Source of the DNA: an uncultured Verrucomicrobiae bacterium
GTDB taxonomy: Bacteria > Verrucomicrobiota > Verrucomicrobiia > Limisphaerales > Palsa-1400
NCBI GenBank assembly: GCA_963707025.1
Contig: CAVPOM010000012.1
Span: forward strand, 431,187-495,186
Direction of reading: 5' to 3'
DNA length: 64,000 bases
Positions 41,744-51,774 of the stretch are shown piece after piece. Below the pieces are notes generated by a model that was given only the letters and a program-made list of their open reading frames with translations, was not told the DNA's origin and searched no databases. Made by a program: the position numbers and the translations under genes. How positions within the stretch are numbered: position 1 is the first letter of the stretch; the number at the start of each line of letters is the position of its first letter.

Positions 41744-42892
41744 ATGCGCAACTTATCCAGGTTGAAGGTCTGTTTTTTGGCCGGGACGCTGGAGCACGGT
41801 GGAGCCGAACGCCAACTTTTTTATATCCTTCAGGCCCTCTGTCAGGCGGGAACCGCACCCCGATTGCTTTCATTGGATCAGGGCCAATTCTGGGAGGAGA
41901 GGATCAAGCGCCTGGGGGTTCCCGTCACCTGCGTGGGTGATCAACCCTCGCGCCTGAAGCGGCTTCTTCGCGTCCTGAAGGAAGTGCGCAAGGATCGGCC
42001 CGACGTGCTGCAGAGCCAGCATTTCTATGCCAATGCCTACGCCGGTCTGGCCGCGCGGCTCTGTCAGGCCGGCGGCATCGGCGCCATGCGCAACAACGGA
42101 CGCACGGAAGTCAGTCAGAGTGGGCTTTTAGGAGGATGCCTCAATCTGCACTGCCCCGGAACATTGGCGGCAAACTCGCTCATGGCCATCCAATTCGCCA
42201 TCGCTCAGGGCGTCCCTGCGTCGCGCCTCTATTTTCTGCCGAATGTGGTGGATACGGAGTGGTTCAAGCCGCCCGGCGATTTTCCCAAGGAACCATTGAC
42301 GTGCCTCGCGGTGGGACGCTTGGTAAAACAGAAGCGGCTGGATCGGTTCATTACCATACTCGACCGTCTGCGCACGGCTTTTCACTTGAACGTCAGAGGG
42401 CTGATCGTCGGGCCAGGATGTCAAAACGAGGACTTGCGACCCGAGCTGGAACATCAGGCCCGGCGACTTGGTTTGTTGCCGGACTTCGTTCAATTCCGAG
42501 GCGGCGTCTCCGACAGCCGAATGGTTTATCGCCAGGCAGCGGTTTGCGTTCTGACCTCGGATTATGAAGGCACACCCAATGTTTTGCTGGAGGCGATGGC
42601 CTCTGGTTTGCCCGTGGTGGCGGCCAGGGTGGGTGGAGTGCCCGATATTGTCCAACACGGGCAGACGGGCTATTTGCTCCAGCCCGACGATATCGAAGGA
42701 TTCACGGCGGCCTTGGTTAAGTTGGTGAGCAGCTCCGAACTTAGAACCGAAATGGGGCGGCGTGCCCGGGCCTACGTGGAGGAGAACCATTCGCTGCGCC
42801 GGCTGCCCGCCTATTTGGAAGGCCTCTACCAACTGGTTTTCCCGACCGCACGCCCTGCGAGCACCCCTGTTGCCGAAAGGGCCTCGATCTGA
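41744..42892 (+). CDS. GT4 glycosyltransferase
   Basis: GGAERQ, GRLVKQK, EGTPNVLLEAMA. Confidence 0.92.
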   Translation: MRNLSRLKVCFLAGTLEHGGAERQLFYILQALCQAGTAPRLLSLDQGQFWEERIKRLGVPVTCVGDQPSRLKRLLRVLKEVRKDRPDVLQSQHFYANAYAGLAARLCQAGGIGAMRNNGRTEVSQSGLLGGCLNLHCPGTLAANSLMAIQFAIAQGVPASRLYFLPNVVDTEWFKPPGDFPKEPLTCLAVGRLVKQKRLDRFITILDRLRTAFHLNVRGLIVGPGCQNEDLRPELEHQARRLGLLPDFVQFRGGVSDSRMVYRQAAVCVLTSDYEGTPNVLLEAMASGLPVVAARVGGVPDIVQHGQTGYLLQPDDIEGFTAALVKLVSSSELRTEMGRRARAYVEENHSLRRLPAYLEGLYQLVFPTARPASTPVAERASI

Positions 42893-42917
42893 TCCGGACC
42901 ACCGTCGCCGCCTCAGG

Positions 42918-43871
42918 ATGGTGAGTAGCACAGGACTTCACATGTTTCACTTTGTGACGTCGTTTCTTCTGGCGCTGGCCAGCAAGTTGCAGCGGGGAGG
43001 GATCATTGTGAACGGACATACCCTCACGCGCAGTCAGACGCGCCGGCAAATAAAGACGCTGGGCCGGTGGTTCGACTTTATCCGCCTGGAAGAACTCCCG
43101 CGCCATTTGATCCGAGAGGGCGGACGCCCCTTCTGTCTGCTCACCTTTGATGATGGCAAGCGCAACAATTTCACGGAGATCGCGCCCGAACTGGAACAAG
43201 GACGCGTGCCGGCCGTCTTTTACGTCACCACCGAGCCTCTCTCGACGGGGACTTGCCTTTGGTTTGATCGGCACAGCCGTTTGGTGAAGCAACTGGGCTA
43301 TTGTCCAATCGGCCTCGAACTCCCGACTCTGAAACAGCTCCCCTTCGACATCCTGATGGACCATTTGGACCGTGCCTGTGCGCACTATGGCTTCACGCCC
43401 AGCCACGAATCGGACAACTTCCTGCCCATGTCTTGGGAGCAGGCGCGGGATTTGGGCCGACGGGGTTTTACCATCGGCGCCCATGGTCTGACCCACGCCA
43501 TTCTGACCCGAGAGACCCAAGACAAAGCCTTCGCGGAAATCGAAGGCAGCCTGGCCAAAGTAAGCTCTGAACTGGGCCGCCCTTGCACCACTTTCGCTTT
43601 TCCCAACGGCAATTACACGCCGGAATTGGCCCGGCATGCATTTCGCTGCGGGGCCACCACCGCCATGACGACCGAGCCAATGTGGGTGGATAACCGGTCG
43701 CCCTTCTGGCGGCTGCCCCGCATCCAGCTCTTTGGAGGGTTTGTTGAAGCCAGCATTGAACTCAAGATCGCGTTGGCGGCGTTGCGCGGAGTGTTAGCCA
43801 ATCCAGACGGCTCAGGACGGACCTACCGACAGGCCGATCAACAAAGCGAACAAAGAATGCCCTGGACCTGA
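42918..43871 (+). CDS. Polysaccharide deacetylase (NodB homology)
   Basis: LTFDDG, IGAHGLTH, FAFPNG, LPRI. Start uncertain (42918 or 42942). Confidence 0.87.
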   Translation: MVSSTGLHMFHFVTSFLLALASKLQRGGIIVNGHTLTRSQTRRQIKTLGRWFDFIRLEELPRHLIREGGRPFCLLTFDDGKRNNFTEIAPELEQGRVPAVFYVTTEPLSTGTCLWFDRHSRLVKQLGYCPIGLELPTLKQLPFDILMDHLDRACAHYGFTPSHESDNFLPMSWEQARDLGRRGFTIGAHGLTHAILTRETQDKAFAEIEGSLAKVSSELGRPCTTFAFPNGNYTPELARHAFRCGATTAMTTEPMWVDNRSPFWRLPRIQLFGGFVEASIELKIALAALRGVLANPDGSGRTYRQADQQSEQRMPWT

Positions 43872-43874
43872 TCT

Positions 43875-44978
43875 ATGACAACATCCCAATCAAATCCCTT
43901 GGTTTCAATCGTGCTGCCCTGTCGCAATGAGCAGGGTTACATCCAGGCCTGCCTGCAATCCATTCTCCAGCAGGAGCCGCCGGCGGGTGGCCTCGAAATC
44001 CTGGTCGCGGACGGGATGTCAACCGATGGCACGCGCGAATACTTGCAGCAGATTGCCAGGGAGCAGCCCCAAATCCGTGTCCTTGACAATCCTGGCCGCA
44101 TTGTCTCCACGGGGCTGAACGCCGCCATCAGAGCTGCCCGGGGCGAAATCATCGTGCGCATGGACGCCCACACGATCTATGCGCCGGACTATGTGCGGCA
44201 GTGCCTGGCCGTGCTGAGTGAAACCGGGGCCGACAATGTGGGCGGGCCGATGCAGACCACCGCCACGACGATTATGGAACGAGCGATTCGCGCCGTGTTT
44301 CATTCCACCTGCGCGGTGGGCGGAGCACGCTCCCATCAAGCCGGCTATGAGGGCTATGTGGACACCGTCATTTACGGTTGCTGGAACAAGGCGGTCTTTG
44401 AACGCATCGGCAATTTTGACGAAGAATTAGTCCGCAACCAGGATGACGAGCACAATCTGCGCCTCGTGCGGGCGGGCGGTAAGATTTATCAGTCCACGCG
44501 CATTCGCAGTTGGTATCATGTGCGAGGCTCGTTGCAGGCTCTGTTCCGTCAGTATATGCAATACGGCTACTGGAAAGTTCTGGTCATTCGAAGGCATCAC
44601 ACGCCCGCTTCCTGGCGGCACGTGGTGCCCGGAACTTTTCTGGCCTGTCTTTGCCTGCTGGCAGCCTTGGGCTTATTCTGGACTCCGGCATGGTGGGGGG
44701 CGGTCGCGCTGGCAGTCCTCTACGCTGCCACCGCTCTGGCCGCCGCGGTGGTCATCGCGGCTCGCACATCCTGGATCTTGCTCCCCGTCCTCCCGGTGGT
44801 CCTGGGCTGCTTCCATTTCGGTTATGGATACGGATTCCTGCGCGGCATTCTAGATTTTGTGGTTCTGAATAATGCGCCTGAAGCGAAGTTTGTTCAATTA
44901 ACCAGGGAACGCTCTCGCAAGCTGGGCCGTGCCTCGGCCCTTAAATCGAATGGGTCGCCTGGCACCGGGCAGCTCTGA
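43875..44978 (+). CDS. GT2 glycosyltransferase (ExoA-like) with C-terminal TM segments
   Basis: VSIVLPCRNE, DGMSTDGT, RMDAH, RNQDDEHNLR, QYMQYGYWK. Confidence 0.92.
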   Translation: MTTSQSNPLVSIVLPCRNEQGYIQACLQSILQQEPPAGGLEILVADGMSTDGTREYLQQIAREQPQIRVLDNPGRIVSTGLNAAIRAARGEIIVRMDAHTIYAPDYVRQCLAVLSETGADNVGGPMQTTATTIMERAIRAVFHSTCAVGGARSHQAGYEGYVDTVIYGCWNKAVFERIGNFDEELVRNQDDEHNLRLVRAGGKIYQSTRIRSWYHVRGSLQALFRQYMQYGYWKVLVIRRHHTPASWRHVVPGTFLACLCLLAALGLFWTPAWWGAVALAVLYAATALAAAVVIAARTSWILLPVLPVVLGCFHFGYGYGFLRGILDFVVLNNAPEAKFVQLTRERSRKLGRASALKSNGSPGTGQL

Positions 44979-45027
44979 CCACGGACGGCTTGCCGAAAGT
45001 CACCAATCACGAGAATTTGATTGCCCC

Positions 45028-45729
45028 ATGCAAACCAGCCTCGAAGTTGATCGCCTTAGGAAAGTTTACCGCTTCTACGCGCTGCGCGGATTCGGACAAT
45101 CGAAATGGTCGCTGGCCAACAAGGGTAACCAAGCCATCCTGGAGGAATGTCTTCTCAGAATCCGCGCGAGTTTGCAGAACTCCGGTTTTTTCCCGCTGGA
45201 TGAGAGGCAAATCCTCGATGTCGGTTGCGGCACAGGACAACGCCTGGCGGCGTTCGCCGATTTGGGAGCCAAGCCGGAACACCTGTTTGGGGTTGATTTG
45301 ATCGCCGATCGCATCAACGTGGCGCGGCAGCACCACCCGCGGATCACCTTTCAATTGGCCAATGCGGAGGCTTTGCCCTTTGCCGATGGCACTTTTGATC
45401 TGGTGACGGTCTTCACGGTGTTCAGTTCGATTCTCCATGCCCGCATGGCGGCCAATGTCGGCCTCGAAATCAATCGTGTCCTCAGGCGCGGTGGCGCTGT
45501 CCTCTGGTACGATTTCAGGATGCATAACCCATGGAACCGGCATGTCCGCGGCATCTCACGCCACCGGATTCAGAATCTGTTTCCTGGCTTCAAGACAGAC
45601 CTGGAGACCATCTCCTTGCTGCCGCCGCTGGCGCGGCGCCTGGGACGGCTGACCAAACTGCTCTATTCTCCTCTCAGTTCACTGCCATTGCTACGGAGCC
45701 ATTATTTGGGAGTGCTGACCAAGCCGTGA
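45028..45729 (+). CDS. Class I SAM-dependent methyltransferase
   Basis: ILDVGCGTG, LPFADGTFDLV, VLRRGG. Start placed at ATG 45028. Confidence 0.9.
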   Translation: MQTSLEVDRLRKVYRFYALRGFGQSKWSLANKGNQAILEECLLRIRASLQNSGFFPLDERQILDVGCGTGQRLAAFADLGAKPEHLFGVDLIADRINVARQHHPRITFQLANAEALPFADGTFDLVTVFTVFSSILHARMAANVGLEINRVLRRGGAVLWYDFRMHNPWNRHVRGISRHRIQNLFPGFKTDLETISLLPPLARRLGRLTKLLYSPLSSLPLLRSHYLGVLTKP

Positions 45730-45768
45730 CTAACCGGAGGTTCATTCCATTTCGTTCATAAAAACATT

Positions 45769-46998
45769 ATGCGTTCCATTCCTTTCTATAAACCCAGCAT
45801 CGGCCGGCCCGAAATCGATGAGGTGGTTGATTGCCTGCAATCGGGCTGGCTCACCACCGGCCCGAAGACGAAGCAATTCGAGCAGGAATTCGCCGGCTAC
45901 CTTCAGCGCCGTCACGCCGTGGCGGTCAATTCCTGCACCGCGGCCCTCCATCTGGCGTTGGAAGCGATCGGCCTTAAAGCCGGACAGCGGGTGGTGGTGC
46001 CGACCATGACATTCGCGGCCACGGCCGAAGTAGTGCGCTATTTCAATGCCGCTCCTTTGTTTGCCGATTGCCGGCCGGAGGACTTCAACCTCGATGTCGC
46101 CGATGCCGCTTGCAGGATCGAACGCGCCCGGGCCAGCGGCGAAGAAGTCGTCGCCATTATCCCGGTGCATTACGGGGGACAGATCGGCGACGTAACCGGC
46201 GTGACCGCACTGGCCCGCAAGTATCACCTTCGGATTATTGAGGATGCCGCCCACTGTTGCCCCGCCTATTATCGCGACGAGGTGGCTGCGCCTTGGAAAA
46301 CGGTCGGAAGCGACGCGGAGATAAGTTGTTTTTCCTTTTACGCCAATAAAACCATTACGACTGGGGAAGGCGGCATGGCCTGCACCGACTCTCCGGAACA
46401 GGCGGACAGGATGCGGATCATGTCCTTGCATGGCATTTCGCGCGATGCCTGGAAGCGCTACACTGCGGAAGGCTCCTGGTATTATGAAATCGTTGCGCCC
46501 GGTTACAAATACAACCTCACCGACTTGGCAGCCGCCATCGGCCTGCACCAGCTTCGCAAGGCCGACCTCTTGCACGAACGCCGCACCCAGTGGGCCAGGC
46601 TTTACTCGCAATGCCTCGGCGACGTTGAGGAACTGGTCCTCCCCACCGTCATGCCCAACCGCATCCATTCCTGGCACCTCTTTTCCGTCCGTTTAAACCT
46701 GGACCGATGCCATCTGGGCCGGGCGGAACTGATTTCCGAGATGAAAAGGGCCGGCATCGGCACCAGCGTGCATTGGATGCCGCTGCATCTGCACCCCTAT
46801 TACCGCCAGCAACTTGGCTGCACACCGTCCGATTATCCTTGTGCAACTTCCCTTTATCCCCGGTTGATGACCCTGCCTCTCTATCCGGACATGACGGCCG
46901 AGGATGTGCAATATGTTTGCCGAACCTTGAAGGGGATCATGGCGGATTCCAAATCCACAGTCGCGGGCGCGAGCCTCTTGGCGGGCCGCTCACCTTGA
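45769..46998 (+). CDS. DegT/DnrJ/EryC1/StrS PLP-dependent sugar aminotransferase
   Basis: SGWLTTGP, NSCTAALH, IEDAAH, SFYANKTITTGEGG. Confidence 0.95.
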   Translation: MRSIPFYKPSIGRPEIDEVVDCLQSGWLTTGPKTKQFEQEFAGYLQRRHAVAVNSCTAALHLALEAIGLKAGQRVVVPTMTFAATAEVVRYFNAAPLFADCRPEDFNLDVADAACRIERARASGEEVVAIIPVHYGGQIGDVTGVTALARKYHLRIIEDAAHCCPAYYRDEVAAPWKTVGSDAEISCFSFYANKTITTGEGGMACTDSPEQADRMRIMSLHGISRDAWKRYTAEGSWYYEIVAPGYKYNLTDLAAAIGLHQLRKADLLHERRTQWARLYSQCLGDVEELVLPTVMPNRIHSWHLFSVRLNLDRCHLGRAELISEMKRAGIGTSVHWMPLHLHPYYRQQLGCTPSDYPCATSLYPRLMTLPLYPDMTAEDVQYVCRTLKGIMADSKSTVAGASLLAGRSP

Positions 46999-47065
46999 CG
47001 CAGATGGCGCCGCCGCTGGCCTTGGCCATGCGCCCGCATCGCCCGTGACGATAAACCAATGGGAT

Positions 47066-47131
47066 GAGGTGTTTACCGGCGACTTTTGCGGGTTTTAGCC
47101 CTCTTTGATGGACGCCAATTGGCGTTAAACT
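47066..47131 (+). promoter_or_regulatory. Tandem boxes plus -10-like hexamer (internal promoter)
   Basis: GAGGTGTTTACC and TTTTGCGGGTTTTAGCCC; TAAACT at 47126. TTTTGCGGGTT is shared with 24308. Confidence 0.45.
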
Positions 47132-47297
47132 GGTGGCGGTTTTTACGTTAGCGGTGTGCCGCGAATGACCCATGGCTGATGTGACAAACGGAAATGGTCC
47201 TGACAATAGCGAAAGAGGCAATGCATGCGCCGATTCAAACGGACGACGGTGACACCGGGCCAACGAGGCTTTCCCGCAGGGTTGCCTTCCCCCGCTT

Positions 47298-48749
47298 ATG
47301 AGTTACTCTGATTACAATACCCCCGATGACAATCTGGCAGACGCGGCCCTTTGCCGCCGCACTCCATCGGATTCCGCCCCCATCCTTACGCCTAAGCGTC
47401 TCTACGACGTCTGCCTTTCTTTCTGCGGCCTGGCGCTGCTCAGCCCCCTGTTCGTAGTCATCGGGGCCTTGGTGAAATTGGCCGACGGCGGCCCCATTTT
47501 TTACCGTCAGGCGCGGGTGGGCCGTGGCGGCCGGCAATTCCTGATCTGCAAATTCCGCACCATGGTGGTTCCGGCAGAACAGACCGGGCCCTCCCTCACC
47601 AAAAGCGGCGACGCGCGCGTTACCCGGATTGGCCGGATCTTGCGCCAGACCAAGCTGGACGAATTGCCCCAGCTTTGGAACGTGTTCAAAGGCGACATGA
47701 GCCTGGTCGGCCCCAGACCGGAAGTGCCTTGCTACGTTCAACATTACACCCCGGAACAGCGCGCTATTTTGCTGCTTAAACCAGGCATCACCGATCTGGC
47801 CTCGCTCTGTTTCCGCGAGGAGGAGGCCTTGCTGGGCAACGCGGACGATTTGGAGCAGTTTTACATTCGCCACTGCCTGCCGCGCAAGCTGCAACTCAAC
47901 CGGGACTACGCTCAGCGCGCCAACCTGTTCAGCGATACCTGGATCATCCTGCAAACCATTTGCCCTTATTGGGCCGGCGTGCTGGCCTGTTATGGAATCA
48001 TCCTGGCCGCGTCCTTTTGGCTTTCCTGCGCCCTGATTTTCAATTTCGCTCCGCTGCCCCTTTCCGCCCTTGCCTTCAGCCGCGATCTTGCTGTGGCGCT
48101 CGCCTTGCAACTGGCCAGCCTGACCTGGCGCAAACAGTGGCGGGGCTTGCTCAGCTACTTCAGTTTTCCCGAACTGAGGCAACTCGGTGCCGCCCTCGGC
48201 CTGGCCGGGGCCGGCCTGCTGGCCTGGTCGGCCCTTGGCGATGGCCGCCCTCCGCGCAACCTCATTCTGGTTGATGCTCTCCTGTCCTTCGCCTTGCTCG
48301 CCGGCTTTCGACTCATGCTGCGGCGCTGGCGCGAACGTTCGGAGGGAGAAGAGGATGCGCGGACTAATCCCCCGAACGCGAGTCGGCATCATCGGGCCGG
48401 CAGCACAGGCGCGCAACTCGCCCTGGAACTGACCGGTCACGGGAATTCCGGCCGCATGGCCGTCGCTTTTTTTGACGATGACTTTCACAAATGGCAAAAG
48501 AGCATTCATGGCGTGCCGGTGGCGGGCATGCCGGAATGCCTGCTGGAGGGCTGGAAGGACAAGCTGGACGAGGTGGTCATCGCCCTGCCCGCTGCTCGCG
48601 CGCATCGGCTCCGTGAAATCGAGCAACTGCTCCGCAAAACCAATTTGAAGGCATATACGGCCTCCCGCCCCGCTCGATTCTGGGAGCGGCAGCCTGTGGC
48701 GTTATCCACCGCCAACACCCCTTGCGCCACCGCCTTTTCCACCGACTGA
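47298..48749 (+). CDS. Initiating phosphoglycosyl transferase fused to a TM plus Rossmann-like domain
   Basis: KRLYD, KFRTM, KLDELPQLWNVFKGDMSLVGPRPE, KPGIT; C-terminal half resembles the N-terminal half of the next gene. Confidence 0.88.
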   Translation: MSYSDYNTPDDNLADAALCRRTPSDSAPILTPKRLYDVCLSFCGLALLSPLFVVIGALVKLADGGPIFYRQARVGRGGRQFLICKFRTMVVPAEQTGPSLTKSGDARVTRIGRILRQTKLDELPQLWNVFKGDMSLVGPRPEVPCYVQHYTPEQRAILLLKPGITDLASLCFREEEALLGNADDLEQFYIRHCLPRKLQLNRDYAQRANLFSDTWIILQTICPYWAGVLACYGIILAASFWLSCALIFNFAPLPLSALAFSRDLAVALALQLASLTWRKQWRGLLSYFSFPELRQLGAALGLAGAGLLAWSALGDGRPPRNLILVDALLSFALLAGFRLMLRRWRERSEGEEDARTNPPNASRHHRAGSTGAQLALELTGHGNSGRMAVAFFDDDFHKWQKSIHGVPVAGMPECLLEGWKDKLDEVVIALPAARAHRLREIEQLLRKTNLKAYTASRPARFWERQPVALSTANTPCATAFSTD

Positions 48750-48762
48750 ACTGCCCTTCGCC

Positions 48763-50784
48763 ATGAAATCTACACGCGCCAACCTTGTCCTGTTCTATGC
48801 TGCCGGCCTGGCCGCCAGTCTTTGGTTGGGATACCAAGTCCGGTTCAACTTCGCTGTCCCGCCGGACACCGAGCGCACTTGGCCGCTGGTCTTCGCCTGG
48901 GTGATTGGATTCAAGCTTTTTTGTCTCTGGCGCTTCCGCCAGTTCGACGCCTTTTTGGGCTCTTTCAGTCTGGCGGATTTTTCGCGGCTGGCCTGGGTCT
49001 TGTTGGCCACAGGCTTCTTTGTCTTCGGTGTCTCCACCCAACTCGGCTCGGATTGGGCTCCGCCCCGGGGGGTGGTTTTGGCCGACTTCAGTTTCTCCCT
49101 GCTGGCCTTGGCGGCCGTGCGGCGGGCCTTCCACCAGGCCCAGCGCGCCCGCGACACCGCCCGCGCGCCTGTCCAACCCCGCCAGCGCGCGCGGCGCGCC
49201 GGCATTGTCGGGGCGGGGCTGGTCGGAACAGCACTGGCGCAGGAATTCGCCACCCGTCGTGACTTGGGCTTGCAGGCCGTCGCTTTCTTTGACGACGACC
49301 GCATGAAATGGGGCAAGCATGTGCATAACGTTCCGGTGGTCGGTGCGCCGGAGATTTTGCTCAACGACACGATGGATTTGGCGTTGGAGGAAGTCATCAT
49401 CGCCATGCCCAGCGCCCCGGCTGGACGCGTGGCAGAAATTATCAAAACACTGCAGCGGCTCCGCATCAAGTTCAGCACCGTGCCGTCCTTCTACGAGCTT
49501 ACGACCGGCCAGGCCAAAGTCAGTCAGTTGCGGTCCGTGGACGTTCAAGACCTGCTCGGCCGGGAGCAAGTGCGCCTGGCCACCGAAGACATTCGAGACC
49601 TGGTGCAAGACTGCGTGGTGATGGTGACGGGGGCCGGAGGGAGCATCGGCAGCGAATTATGCCGGCAAATTGCTTCCTATTCGCCGCGTCGGTTGTTGCT
49701 GCTGGAGCAGTCGGAGGTGCAGTTGTTTCAAATTGAACAGGAACTGCTGGTCTCCGGCTGCGCTAAACGACTCGTCCCCCTGGCCGCCAACGTCCAGGAT
49801 AAGGCGCGGCTGGAGCGCATTTTCCGCCAGCATCAACCGCAGGTCGTCTTTCATGCCGCCGCCCACAAGCACGTGCCCTTGATGGAGTCGCAACCGGGGG
49901 AGGCCGTCAAAAACAACGCGCTGGGAACTTTGCGTCTGGCGGAAACGTGCTTGAAACACGAAACGGACCGTTTTGTCCTCATCTCCACCGATAAGGCCAT
50001 CAACCCGACCAGCGTCATGGGGGCGAGCAAAAGGCTGGCCGAAATGTGCGTGCAGTCGCTCCACGCCAGAAATCCGACCGGCACCCGCTTCATGGCCGTG
50101 CGCTTCGGCAATGTGCTCGGCTCCTCCGGGAGCGTCGTCCCGATTTTCAACAAGCAAATCGCCGCCGGCGGGCCGGTCAAAGTCACCCATCCCGAGATGA
50201 GGCGCTATTTCATGACCATCCCGGAAGCGGTGGGCTTGGTCCTGCAAAGCGCAGCCTTGGGATCAGGCGGCGAAATTTTTATGCTGGACATGGGCCAGCC
50301 GGTTAAAATCGTGGATTTGGCGCGGCAGTTGATCGAGCTTTCCGGTTTTGTCCCCGACCGGGATATTCGCATCGAATTCACCGGCCCACGGCCGGGCGAA
50401 AAACTTTTCGAAGAACTCAACTACGGTAGCGAAACGCTCATCCCCACCCGCCATCCCAAGATTACGCGATTGCTGTGCAAACCTCCCTCTTACGAATGGG
50501 TCCGCGGCTTCGTGCTCAGATTGGCCGGGCAGGCCGATCAGTTGGAGCCGGACGAGATCAAGCGTTTCTTGCAAAGCGTCGTTGCCGAATACCGGCCGCA
50601 ATTCAACCAGCGTTTTGCCGGCGCAACCCATGCAAAAGGACCGCGCGCGGGCAGCGGGCATCAGGATGAGAAGAAGGGCGGCCCATCCCAGCCAGCCGCC
50701 GGCATCCGGGATGCCGTCTCCGGCGGCGCGGAAGCCGTCACCTCCGAAAATGGACTTCCCGCGGATGTGCTATGCGAATTCTAG
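48763..50784 (+). CDS. PglF/CapD/WbpM-like UDP-HexNAc 4,6-dehydratase
   Basis: 4 TM segments, GAGLVG, TGAGGSIGSE, HAAAHKHVP, STDKA, MGASK, RFGNVLGSSGSV, RPGEKL. Confidence 0.94.
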   Translation: MKSTRANLVLFYAAGLAASLWLGYQVRFNFAVPPDTERTWPLVFAWVIGFKLFCLWRFRQFDAFLGSFSLADFSRLAWVLLATGFFVFGVSTQLGSDWAPPRGVVLADFSFSLLALAAVRRAFHQAQRARDTARAPVQPRQRARRAGIVGAGLVGTALAQEFATRRDLGLQAVAFFDDDRMKWGKHVHNVPVVGAPEILLNDTMDLALEEVIIAMPSAPAGRVAEIIKTLQRLRIKFSTVPSFYELTTGQAKVSQLRSVDVQDLLGREQVRLATEDIRDLVQDCVVMVTGAGGSIGSELCRQIASYSPRRLLLLEQSEVQLFQIEQELLVSGCAKRLVPLAANVQDKARLERIFRQHQPQVVFHAAAHKHVPLMESQPGEAVKNNALGTLRLAETCLKHETDRFVLISTDKAINPTSVMGASKRLAEMCVQSLHARNPTGTRFMAVRFGNVLGSSGSVVPIFNKQIAAGGPVKVTHPEMRRYFMTIPEAVGLVLQSAALGSGGEIFMLDMGQPVKIVDLARQLIELSGFVPDRDIRIEFTGPRPGEKLFEELNYGSETLIPTRHPKITRLLCKPPSYEWVRGFVLRLAGQADQLEPDEIKRFLQSVVAEYRPQFNQRFAGATHAKGPRAGSGHQDEKKGGPSQPAAGIRDAVSGGAEAVTSENGLPADVLCEF

Positions 50785-51774
50785 CTATCACCAATATGTA
50801 CCCCTCGACGGCCTGCCCCAGTCAGGGTGTCTTTGTGGAAGAACAAGTCAAAGGCCTGCGCTTAATCGGCTTGGAGGTGCGCGTTTTGGTGGTGGATCGC
50901 CGGCGCGACGGACCGACGGCCTACTATCGTCTCCGCGCCAATGTCCGCAGCGCCGTCGCCGAGTTCGCCCCTGATGTCGTTCACGTGATGTACGGTGGAG
51001 TCATGGCCGACCAGATCCTGCGCCACCACCATGTCTGCCCTATCGTGGTCACCTTTCATGGTTCGGATTTGCTGGGCGAGAACCTTTCCGGTTGGACGCG
51101 GAAAATGATTTCCCGCTATGGAGTGCAATGTTCGAAGAGGGCAGCCGAGGTGGCCGACGCCGTCGTTGTCGTGGCACGACATCTGGTGGGCGCTTTGAAA
51201 GGAGCCGCGGCGCCGCACAAGGTCCGAGTCATCCCTTGTGGGATTGACCTGGAACGGTTCAAGCCCATGGATCCGATGGCCTGCAAGCACTCGCTGGGCT
51301 GGAACCCTCAATCTTTCCATGTTCTCTTTGCGTCCGGCAACGGTTGACCCTGTCAAACGACCCTGGCTCGCCGGTGCGGCCCTGGCGCAATGGGAAGGGC
51401 CGGGCCGTTCGGCGGAACTTCATTGCCTGCGCGGCATTCCCAACGCCGCAGTGCCACTCTGGCTGAACGCCAGCGATGTGTTGCTGCTGACATCAATGCA
51501 TGAAGGATCGCCCACCATTGTCAAGGAGGCCCTGGCTTGCGGCCTGCCGGTGGTGTCGGTGGACGTGGGAGACGTGGCCGAGCGCATCGAAGGGATTGAA
51601 GGCTGTTATCTGGCGCCCTCTGACCCAGCCGAGCTGGCCGGAAAACTTTCTCTGGTTTGGCAGCGCCGCCAGCGCCTCGACTGTCGCACCCGGCTGGAGG
51701 AGCTTTCCATCGTGAGGGTGGCCGAAGACTTGAAGCGGTGTTATGAAGACATCCGAATTGCAAAGCCGCGTTGA
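50772..51774 (+). CDS. GT4 glycosyltransferase (frameshift near 51345)
   Basis: MRILAITNMYP...FASGNG, then frame changes to DPVKRP...EGSPTIVKEALA; removing one T in GGTTGA restores one ORF. Confidence 0.85.
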
